DNA of 64,000 nt from an uncultured delta proteobacterium (GTDB lineage: Bacteria > Desulfobacterota > RBG-13-43-22). Position numbers and translations under genes: made by a program. The notes beneath the pieces were generated by a model that was given only the letters and a program-made list of their open reading frames with translations, had not been told where the DNA came from and made no database searches. This document shows positions 52,679-60,644 of this stretch, piece after piece; position 1 is the first letter of the stretch; each line of letters starts with the position of its first letter. The stretch spans positions 960,001 to 1,024,000 of the forward strand of contig CAWBOS010000012.1 of the NCBI GenBank assembly GCA_963790475.1. The letters are read 5' to 3'.

Positions 52679-53254
52679 ATGGAGGACAAAAAAGGATACT
52701 CGTTTGAGCTGCACGAAGATATGTTAAGTCTTATTGAAAATGAGTTTTCGCCACAGGAAATCGCAGCCAACCTGGCCGCCGCGATTGAGAGAAAATCTTC
52801 TCCGGAAATCCCGGAGATCGGCAAAAAGATTTTTAGCGAATATGGAAGGCGTTGGGCCGAGCGGGTTCTCGAGTTGGGGGAATCCTACCCGGACCGGACC
52901 TATGAGGTCCTGCGGGAGGCCATCGACGCAACAGGAAGTCCGGCATTTCCATTGATTCCACAGAGATTCATTGAGATAGCTTATTTGAGTACACAGAAAA
53001 TCTCCACCCTACCCATCTCGGAGAACAACATTGCCCGTTTGATCTTCAGGATCGGGAACTGCCGCACTTATCAGTCCGTTTCCGACCGATTGGGCCAAGA
53101 GACGGCCGGGCTTTTGTCCTGCCGTGAGGGTTGTCTGAATTTGTGTCAGGGGATTATAGAAGGCCTTGGCCTGGAGGGGATCGAAACGGAGGTATCCGCC
53201 GGAATGCCGGATCAGGGCTATTGCCAATTTATACTTAACAACACCAAAGCATAG
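52679..53254 (+). CDS. Hypothetical protein, possibly ATC-hydrolase/V4R-like
   Basis: RBS aggag; spaced Cys (NCRTY, SCREGCLNLC, GYCQF). Confidence 0.65.
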   Translation: MEDKKGYSFELHEDMLSLIENEFSPQEIAANLAAAIERKSSPEIPEIGKKIFSEYGRRWAERVLELGESYPDRTYEVLREAIDATGSPAFPLIPQRFIEIAYLSTQKISTLPISENNIARLIFRIGNCRTYQSVSDRLGQETAGLLSCREGCLNLCQGIIEGLGLEGIETEVSAGMPDQGYCQFILNNTKA

Positions 53255-53432
53255 AAAAGGGAATGGGACGCCCTGAGGACGTCCCATTCAGTCGAGGGAG
53301 TTACCCAGAGAGCCGCCTCATCTTCTGATGGGGCAGACTGTTAAGTCTTGGGGTCGTTGACCAAGTTTTATTGCCTGAAAGATTAGTGAACATGAACAAG
53401 GGAATTCTTATTAAGAAAGGAGATTAACCATC

Positions 53433-54389
53433 GTGGCACAGTTTAAATTAAACCAGGTAGACAAGTTGGAAATATTGACACTGGAGGACAACTATCTCGA
53501 CTTGGTCTCCGGAGATAATTCCGACATAGTCGCAAGAGCGATGCCACTCAAAGATATGCAGTTAAAAAATTCAATCTTAGCTGAGCATGGTTTCTCCGCC
53601 ACGGTTACCACGATTACACAGGAGAGGTCAAGAATGATGCTTTTTGACTTCGGTTTTTCTGAAGATATTGTTGCCCGGAATGCTGATGCCCTGGGAGTGG
53701 ATTTAACCAAGGTTGAAGTGGCCGCCCTTTCTCATGGTCATATAGACCACTTCGGCGGACTTGAACAAGTAGCAACAAAAATTGGAAAGAAAGGTGTGGG
53801 ACTAATCCTGCATCCTTTTGCATTCAGAAAAAATAGATACGTCGAAATCAGGCCAGGCGTTAAGATAATACTGCCTTCAATAGAAAAAGAAAAAGTCGAA
53901 GCCGCAGGGTTGAAGATTGCCGAAGTGAAAGAACCTTTACTGTTATTGGACGGAGACGTGTTGTTCTTAGGGGAAATACCCAGGAGGACCGCTTTTGAAA
54001 AAGGATTACCAAATGCATTCTACGAGGAAAATGGTCAGAAAGCTTTGGATTCTACCGAAGACGACACTTCCTTGGTTATGAACGTGAAGGGTAAAGGTCT
54101 GGTGGTGCTATCGGGCTGCGCCCATTCGGGCATAGTGAATACAGTCGAGTATGCAAGAGAGATTACAGGCATAAATAAAGTGCATGTAATTATGGGAGGA
54201 TTTCACCTAACCGGCCCGGCATCAGCACCAATTATTGATATCACGGTAAAAGCAATTATGCAGATAAACCCGGACTACGTCATCCCGACTCACTGTACCG
54301 GAAGAAATGCCACCCTGGCCATTGAAAAGGCTATGCCTGATAAATTTCTGGTGAACATGTCGGGGACGAAAATGACCTTTGCGGCCTGA
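53433..54389 (+). CDS. MBL-fold hydrolase (COG1237-like)
   Basis: AEHGFS, SHGHIDHFGG, SGCAHSG, GGFHL, PTHCTG. Confidence 0.9.
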   Translation: MAQFKLNQVDKLEILTLEDNYLDLVSGDNSDIVARAMPLKDMQLKNSILAEHGFSATVTTITQERSRMMLFDFGFSEDIVARNADALGVDLTKVEVAALSHGHIDHFGGLEQVATKIGKKGVGLILHPFAFRKNRYVEIRPGVKIILPSIEKEKVEAAGLKIAEVKEPLLLLDGDVLFLGEIPRRTAFEKGLPNAFYEENGQKALDSTEDDTSLVMNVKGKGLVVLSGCAHSGIVNTVEYAREITGINKVHVIMGGFHLTGPASAPIIDITVKAIMQINPDYVIPTHCTGRNATLAIEKAMPDKFLVNMSGTKMTFAA

Positions 54390-54551
54390 TCAAATTCCTC
54401 CTTTTTCGAGGGGACATTAAATTGTGAAAGTCAGGATTGACTATCCAGGCATTGTCGCGTTTGATGGGGACTTCTTTCTGTAATCGTTCAGTTGCGTTTT
54501 TGAAAAATCAGAGGAGTTCAAACAGAAATAAATGAAACTCTATAAAATAAC

Positions 54552-54693
54552 TTGACTTTTTAGAAGTTTTGAGATAAAAAAAATTTTCATGAAAACATAG
54601 AACTTTTTCTTGTTGGCAACCTTTAACCAAAGGAGTGTCAAGGGAGAAATTTTTGACCCCATTTCTCAATAGAGCGATGGGGTTTTTTATTTT
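54552..54693 (+). ncRNA. Repeated module copy B1 (upstream TTGACT box + leader + terminator)
   Basis: ggcaacctttaaccaaaggagtgtcaaggga...gaccccatttctcaatagagcgatggggtttttt. Confidence 0.65.
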
Positions 54694-54715
54694 CAATTTA
54701 ACAATGAAACTTAAA

Positions 54716-54830
54716 AGCAACGTCCCACCCTAAACATGGTTTGTTTCTGGAGGATTTATGAAATGGAGTTTTCAGAAGATGACCCTATGAAGCCTCCAGA
54801 GAATTTTTATGCCTTCTTAGGGGCTTTTCT
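54716..54830 (+). promoter_or_regulatory. Module B2: leader micro-ORF MKWSFQKMTL (54758-54790) plus terminator-like hairpin
   Basis: agcaacgtcccaccctaaa, SD ggagga, ATG...TGA, agcctcc...ggggctttt. Confidence 0.5.
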
Positions 54831-54893
54831 ATTTAAATCGGGAAAATGAAGTTCGTTTATTAATTGTTAGGCAAAATCTTTTAGAGGTTTAAA

Positions 54894-55625
54894 ATGGAAA
54901 AAGCTATATTTTGTAAAGGATGCCGGATTCAGTGGCATGGGATTATTCCCATTCGAGGGCCACTTTCAATGCCTTTCAGATTATTTGGAATTAAACCGAG
55001 TAAAATGAACCCAAATATCTGCAACTTGTGCGAGACAAAATTTACAAAAATCAAGCACGCTAAACGAATTATCTTCCCTGCTACAGTCATGTTTGCCGAT
55101 ATTCGTGGATATACAAGTTTTTTTGAGATTATGGATATTCCGAGTGTTGCCTGTTTACTGAGTGGTTTTTATGAAAATTGTGGCTATGTAATATGGGAAA
55201 GAGATGGCCTCATTTTCAAGTTGATAGGAGATGCAATGTTAGGTGTTTTCAATTTTCCAATCACTCGAGATGATCATGTTAAACAAGCAGTGATATCCGG
55301 ATTAGAGTTACAAAGGAAATGTTTGACTATGAAGGCGTCTTTAGAAAAACCTGAAGAGTATTCAAAAGATCTTGGTATTGGTGTTGGTATTCACACTGGA
55401 AATATCGCAGTCGGAGAGATAGGGCAGTTTTGCAAAGATTTTACAGTGATTGGAGATGTTGTGAATTTAGCGGCAAGACTACAAGGAGTTGCCAAATCAG
55501 GTGAAGTTGTTATTTCAGAAGACGTATATCGGGAAGTGCAAAATGATTTTCCGAACGCCAATACCCGGATATATGAACTTAAAGGAATTAAGGACCGCAT
55601 TAAAGCGCATGTTTTACGTCCTTAA
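54894..55625 (+). CDS. Class III adenylate/guanylate cyclase with an N-terminal 4-Cys module
   Basis: FADIRGYT, KLIGDA, DFTVIGDVVNLAARLQ; CKGC...CNLC. Confidence 0.9.
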   Translation: MEKAIFCKGCRIQWHGIIPIRGPLSMPFRLFGIKPSKMNPNICNLCETKFTKIKHAKRIIFPATVMFADIRGYTSFFEIMDIPSVACLLSGFYENCGYVIWERDGLIFKLIGDAMLGVFNFPITRDDHVKQAVISGLELQRKCLTMKASLEKPEEYSKDLGIGVGIHTGNIAVGEIGQFCKDFTVIGDVVNLAARLQGVAKSGEVVISEDVYREVQNDFPNANTRIYELKGIKDRIKAHVLRP

Positions 55626-55862
55626 GATGTTGTCAGAATCTTATCCACTTAGGTATTTTGTTGCCGGAATAATAGAATCGGAATAGGGGCAGTATGGCCG
55701 GACAAAGAATAACCAGAAGGCAAAAAGACATCTCCCGGCTTTTGCGCGAAAAAAAATATAATCCGCCTCAGAGGTCGAAAAAGGATAATACGTTTCCATC
55801 AAAAAAGCGCGGTAGATAAAAGAGGCGTTTTTGATAATAGATATCAGGAAAGGAGTCATCTT

Positions 55863-56468
55863 ATGAAAAAGTATCGCTTGATTATAGGTTTGATTATTTT
55901 TCCCCTATTGATAGTAATCGCCTGCGGGGAAGAGGAGAAAAGCGACCAGGGAAGGGTAATTGCATTTGACAAAGCCAAACGGACAATAACCTTGATCAGG
56001 GATAAGGATTTTCTCCAATACCCTAATAACAGGGCAATGCTCCCGGTTACCTATGACCTGCCCCAAGACATTATTGGAATTAAACCGGAACTAAAAGTCG
56101 GTTTAAGAATGAAGTTAGATTCTGCAAATAACCAAATCATCATTTATGATCCGATCGATCGCAATTTCAAGACCATCCCTTATACCCTCTTGGATAAAAA
56201 AGAAGGGGTTTTATTGGACAACTCCTTGGTTTTTGATACCAATACTAATAAGCCTAAAAAGTTCCCAATTATCGACCGAGAAAGGAAATTAATCACTGTT
56301 TATTCCAGGAGACAACAGATATTGGCTACCTTCAGTCTTCCTCAAAAATTCTTTGACTTGCCGGAATATACTTGGAATGCTGGAGATGAGGTTCGGATTT
56401 ATTATAAGAAAGAAGGGAAAGCACTAAGCCTAACGAATATTACCAAGTACGGTTTGGTTAGAGATTAG
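55863..56468 (+). CDS. DUF4881-like lipoprotein
   Basis: Lipobox VIAC; QGRVIAFDK, RMKLD, AGDEVRIYYK recalled from the deltaproteobacterial DUF4881 family. Confidence 0.75.
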   Translation: MKKYRLIIGLIIFPLLIVIACGEEEKSDQGRVIAFDKAKRTITLIRDKDFLQYPNNRAMLPVTYDLPQDIIGIKPELKVGLRMKLDSANNQIIIYDPIDRNFKTIPYTLLDKKEGVLLDNSLVFDTNTNKPKKFPIIDRERKLITVYSRRQQILATFSLPQKFFDLPEYTWNAGDEVRIYYKKEGKALSLTNITKYGLVRD

Positions 56469-56596
56469 AAGGACACAAAACGGCCTTTTTATGCACATTT
56501 CAACGGTAATTGTTGATTTTCGGAGTGATCGCTTTAGAATAGTTGTGCTCGGCTGCCAACAGATATCTCGACCTACCTGTCCGATGAAATATCATA

Positions 56597-56743
56597 CTAA
56601 GGATTTTAATTGACTTATTGATTGTGAAGGGATAGAGATTTTTATGTAATATTAAGCTATGTTATTGGAGACAACCCTTAACTAAGGAGTGTCGATGGAA
56701 GAATAATAGACCCCATTTCTCAGAAGAGAAGTGGGGTTTTTTT
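56597..56743 (+). ncRNA. Repeated module copy C (upstream box, TAATAT, leader, M-E-E micro-ORF, terminator)
   Basis: ctaaggattttaattgact...tgtaatatta...caacccttaactaaggagtgtcgATGGAAGAATAA...gaccccatttctcagaagagaagtggggttttttt. Confidence 0.7.
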
Positions 56744-57028
56744 ATCTTGAATCCTTTATAGACGCTGAAAATTTTGACCATTACTGAATATTGCAGCAGA
56801 AAAATGATGTTGGTCAAACAGAGAGGAGGGTATTTGCTGGGCCAAAGACAAGAGGCGAATTGGCAATGAAATAAGATAGAATATAAACTCGTAAGGTAAC
56901 CACGGCTCCAATAATTCAATTTTTTCCATTCTTAAAACCAGTCCCCAGTTAGGGAGGGATGTTTTTCAGAAATTGTATTTTGTTTTTTATTGTGTTTTGG
57001 TAATCGGCATCTTGTGAAGGGATATAAT

Positions 57029-57331
57029 ATGACATTATTAGCTCATTTTTTTGCTGCTGTGTTTTTTGTAAATGGGGTTCCTCATTTTGTACACGGGGTT
57101 TCTGGACAATCGTTCCAAAGCCCCTTTGCCAGCCCACCAGGAGTTGGAGAATCATCTTCTATAGTCAACGTGCTTTGGGGATCATTCAACTTTATCGTTG
57201 GGTACGTTTTACTTTTTTGTATCGGAAGTTTCCATATGGCTCCAAATTTGGATACTCTTGTTACCACTATCGGTGGACTTTTAACTGCGCTTGCTTTGTC
57301 CTGGCACTTTCAAAGGGTTAGAAGCAAGTAG
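57029..57331 (+). CDS. Small membrane protein
   Basis: About three hydrophobic segments; NGVPHFVHGVSG..FQSPFASPPG motif. Confidence 0.75.
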   Translation: MTLLAHFFAAVFFVNGVPHFVHGVSGQSFQSPFASPPGVGESSSIVNVLWGSFNFIVGYVLLFCIGSFHMAPNLDTLVTTIGGLLTALALSWHFQRVRSK

Positions 57332-57539
57332 ACAAGCACCGCAGGATATTCCTTTTTGAAAGCGTCCTTAGGTGCATTATAGAAGAGGAACAAAAATGAA
57401 TCATGGTGGGTTTTAATGGAAAAGGTTTTTGGGGATCTCTGCGGCCAAAGCCAGAATTTCTCGCTCTACTGGGATACCATTGACCAAGAGCGGGAGGGAA
57501 AGGAAGCTGGGGAGGATAGTCAGCGGGGGTGAACTTGAT

Positions 57540-57819
57540 CAATCATATAGTTCTTCTGGGATCAGGATATTGGGGCCGGAAAGATTTGTCGTGAAATGAA
57601 AATCCCAGATAGAGAAATCTGCCGCCCTTGATGGCCCTTTCCGCCCAATTAAACACCTCCAGCATAATTAACCCCGTGATCCACTGCATAATGGATCATC
57701 TTGATGGCCTCGGGTTCATTGATTTTTGCCTGATCGTTATCGATTACCGGAAGCCGCATAGCCCCGAAACCAAGGGCCGAAACCTGCCAATCAAGTTTAC
57801 CGAAAGGTCGAAACTTCAT
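57540..57819 (-). pseudogene. Collapsed aldo/keto reductase gene
   Basis: RBS + [24 protein letters not shown]...AVDHGVNY, then out-of-frame GRFLYLGFSFHD and SGPNILIPEEL pieces; not in the ORF track. Confidence 0.75.
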
Positions 57820-58125
57820 TGATCAATTCTCCTCCAAAATAGCCACTGAAATGGGTTTGATATTAGTTATTAAGGATTTAAAAGAATATAGACAAAATCT
57901 CAGTACGAGTCAATTCCTATTGATGTTTTGGTGATATCGTTTTAATTGGGTTGGAGAAACAATTTTCTTGAGAACTTAAGTGCTACTTCCTGAAATCTTC
58001 ACTCCTTCATTTCAGAAAAAAGACAAGGGTTCAAAGGATAATTATTAAGTTAACAGTGGAAGCCATGAATTCTGGCCTCGATATTATGGAACGTACTCCC
58101 CTAATGTTCTATCCGAATAATTCCC

Positions 58126-58290
58126 TTGACATTTTCTCTCAATCTGAGTTTATATTTATTTACTAAATAGAAAGTTAACCTCCCAACCAAACCCCGGCCT
58201 TTTTAGGAGTGGGACATGAAGTGGGAGTATCAAAAAGTACTGATACGAAGCCTCCGTGAGGGATCATCCCCTTATGGAGGTTTTTTATTT
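58126..58290 (+). promoter_or_regulatory. Module E: TTGACA promoter-like box, leader micro-ORF MKWEYQKVLIR... (58216-58305) and intrinsic terminator
   Basis: ttgaca at 58126; agttaacctcccaaccaaa; SD aggag; hairpin aagcctccgtgaggg...cccttatggaggtttttt. Confidence 0.6.
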
Positions 58291-58371
58291 TCGACCGACG
58301 TTTGATTTTATTATTATAGGATTGCTGAGAGATTTCAAAGAATTTCCCAAATGATATGAAGGAGTACTATC

Positions 58372-59064
58372 ATGAGTGAACCCAACCGATCTGATAAAAC
58401 TTTTTATATTATCATGAAACGAATGGTGGAGACGGGGGTGGCACCCCACTATACGGAGATAGCGGCGGAGTTAGGGGTTCCTCCAGAGGGCGGTAAAAAA
58501 GCTCTTCAGGATCTTTTCTCCACACCGATGTTCCCTGGATGGTTATATCCAAATACGGATTACATTACTTCTTTTCCACCCTTTAACAACCTTCCCACCC
58601 AGTATCGTTTAACAATTGATGGCCAACAAAAATGGTTCGGTCAATGAGGATTTGAGTCGCTGGCGGTCAGCTGGCTTTTCCCGGGGAAGGTTGTCCGGAT
58701 TGATGCTCCCTGTCTTGACTGTGGATCTCCGATCAAAGTGGAAATGAAAGATGGTGTGGTTGAAAAAACTGACCCAGAAGGTCTTGTTGCCTACACCTGT
58801 GTCCCTCTTCGCGAGTGGTTTAATAACCTGGCCCATTCCTGAAGCACTATGAATCTCTTCCGGTCGGAAGAGCATGTTCGTAATTGGAGCGGTTTCAAAA
58901 CAAACACCGAAGAAGGAATCGTTCCACTGCTTGATATGGCCAGAGGTTTTTCCGGTAATTTTTTTAAGCGCCGTCTGGATCCAGATTATTTTTCTCATAT
59001 GCAGGAATATTTAATGGAGCTGGTCGGAACCTGGAAAGAGATGGGTTCTTTCTGGACACTTTAA
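58372..59064 (+). CDS. MerB (organomercurial lyase)-fold protein with two in-frame UGA codons, probable double selenoprotein (230 aa, U92 and U157)
   Basis: Single frame from the ATG (RBS aaggag) to TAA, interrupted only by TGA 58645-47 and 58840-42; WFGQ*GFESL...PCLDCG...HS*STMNLFRSEEH aligns with MerB YAWCALDTL...HCAATG...FCCHVHFFAS. Confidence 0.85.
58648..58681 (+). promoter_or_regulatory. Candidate SECIS element 1
   Basis: GAGUC-GCUG[GCGGU]CAGC-U-GGCUU stem-loop immediately 3' of the first UGA. Confidence 0.6.
58843..58878 (+). promoter_or_regulatory. Candidate SECIS element 2
   Basis: CUCUUCC[GGUC]GGAAGAG perfect 7-bp stem; G-first loop begins 19 nt after the second UGA. Confidence 0.7.
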
Positions 59065-59149
59065 GGTTGATAATAACAACGAGTAAGGGGCTCGTCAGAA
59101 ATGGCGAGCCGATAGCTTAACGTGTTGAAAACGGATTTGCAATGATTCG

Positions 59150-59185
59150 AAAAGCCTCTAATTCTTTTGAGTTAGAGGCTTTTTC
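59150..59185. terminator. Bidirectional intrinsic terminator
   Basis: aaaagcctctaattc-tttt-gagttagaggcttttt. Confidence 0.75.
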
Positions 59186-59431
59186 TTTCTGAGAAATTAT
59201 CTTCTTACAAATGGCAATGATTTAACTATTTATAATTATAGGCTTTAATGTTATATCATAACGGTATTATCAACACGTTAAGCTATCGGCTCGTCAAAAA
59301 TGGTCCTGCCTTTTTTATGTGGACTTCGAACGGTATTCGATTATTCCCAGGGTTGTCTGGAAAAAGGATTTGTAGGTGCTACTCGGCAGCCATCAGATAT
59401 ATTGACACGGTCTGTCTGGGGAAATCTCTTT

Positions 59432-59550
59432 CTAAGGATTTTAGTTGACTTTTTAATTGGGCGAGGATTAAAATTCCTGTGTAATATTAGGCTGTTTTCT
59501 TATCGGCAACCCTTATATAAGGAAGGTATGAGGTTTATACTCCTACCTTA
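59432..59550 (+). promoter_or_regulatory. Module D1 (upstream box + leader) ahead of the GSU3473-like gene
   Basis: ctaaggattttagttgact...tgtaatatta...ggcaacccttatataagga, co-linear with copy C. Confidence 0.65.
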
Positions 59551-59570
59551 CAAGAGGAGCTTTAAAGAAA

Positions 59571-59771
59571 ATGATCCTGCGCGTCCAATACAAAAATGGT
59601 AAGTATGATTACGTCAACCGGCGAACCCTCGATGCTCTCATCAAACAAGAAGCGATCGAACAGTTCTATCGCCCCCAGGAAAAAAAATGGGTCAACATCA
59701 ACATCGATCCGATAAGGGGGAAAGAGAGCATTTTTTACTTTGGAATGGAAAGAAGGCAGTTAACCCTTTAA
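59571..59771 (+). CDS. GSU3473-family-like small protein
   Basis: ILRVQYKNGKYDYV...LDALI...WV.I..DPIRG...Y.G.ERR pattern recalled from Geobacter small proteins; RBS gaggag. Confidence 0.7.
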   Translation: MILRVQYKNGKYDYVNRRTLDALIKQEAIEQFYRPQEKKWVNINIDPIRGKESIFYFGMERRQLTL

Positions 59772-59832
59772 CCAAGGGAGTGTCGATGGAATAATAGGCC
59801 CCATTTCTCAAGTGAGAGGTGGGGTTTTTTAT
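59758..59832 (+). ncRNA. Repeated module copy D2 (leader, M-E micro-ORF, terminator)
   Basis: taaccctttaaccaagggagtgtcgATGGAATAAtaggccccatttctcaagtgagaggtggggtttttt. Confidence 0.7.
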
Positions 59833-59969
59833 TCGGGAGATACCCCTTGTCATCATTTATTGGTAAAGTCCCGCCCCGCATAGCCCCGTTTCTTTCTCCA
59901 TGTCCTCTTAAACTCCGGGGTGAAATTATTTTTGGCCAGGAATGGTTATTTATATCAATTGCCTCCCTT

Positions 59970-60644
59970 CTAAAGTTCCATGTCCTTAAGGTCATCAGCC
60001 AAAATCAGTGTCGGTTCGGTTAAAGATTGGATTTCTTCAGGATTCCATCCGGGAGCAACCTCTTTCAGGATCAGCCCCTTGGCTGTGACCTCAATAACGG
60101 CCAGGTCGGTGACAATCAGGTCAACACAGCGCGGGCAGGTTAAAGGAAGGGTACACTTCTTTACTATCTTGATCCGGTTATCCCGCGTCGTGTGCTCCAT
60201 GGCCACGATAACTTTCTTGATCCCCACAGGCATATCCATGGCCCCGCCGATATTCCCCAGTTTGCCGACCGGGTCCAGGGACCAATTGGCGAGATCTCCC
60301 TGTTCAGACACCTGGAGGGCCCCAAGAACGGTCACATCAAGATGCCCCCCTCTGACCATGACAAAAGAATCCGCGTGATTGAAAAAACACATGCCCGGTT
60401 GCGGGGCCAGAAATTTCCCGCCGGCATTGGTCAGATTAAAATCTGCCAAGGCTTCCTCACCTTCGGTCAAGATGCGTCCGTAACCGAGGATGCCCTGCTC
60501 GGAATGGAAAATGACGGTTTTATCGGGCGGGATATAACTAACCGCGTCCGCGCCGATACCAAACCCAAGATTAACATAATCCCCATCCTGGAATTCTTTG
60601 GCCACCCTCATGGCAACGACTTCCGTATCCAGCCTGATTTTCAT
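59970..60644 (-). CDS. 3-oxoacid CoA-transferase subunit B
   Basis: VNLGFG, HSEQG (catalytic Glu), RGGHLDVTVLGALQV, GGAMD. Confidence 0.93.
   Translation of the reverse strand: MKIRLDTEVVAMRVAKEFQDGDYVNLGFGIGADAVSYIPPDKTVIFHSEQGILGYGRILTEGEEALADFNLTNAGGKFLAPQPGMCFFNHADSFVMVRGGHLDVTVLGALQVSEQGDLANWSLDPVGKLGNIGGAMDMPVGIKKVIVAMEHTTRDNRIKIVKKCTLPLTCPRCVDLIVTDLAVIEVTAKGLILKEVAPGWNPEEIQSLTEPTLILADDLKDMEL

Noticed and set aside
57628-57822. 64-aa plus-strand ORF
   Set aside because: It is the antisense of the aldo/keto reductase remnant
58372-59064. MerB-like locus as a pseudogene or as two small genes
   Set aside because: Both stops are TGA, fall on the catalytic Cys positions and are followed by hairpins; there are no frameshifts or TAA/TAG interruptions
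59115-59283. GCTTAAC...GTTAAGC as an integron attC site
   Set aside because: The span of ~169 bp is longer than typical attC, the inverted repeat extends outside the core sites, and there is no integrase or second attC
50455-59832. Repeated modules as known riboswitches (c-di-GMP, Moco, cobalamin) or tRNAs
   Set aside because: I could not find the consensus cores or cloverleaf folds by eye; an Rfam scan is still needed
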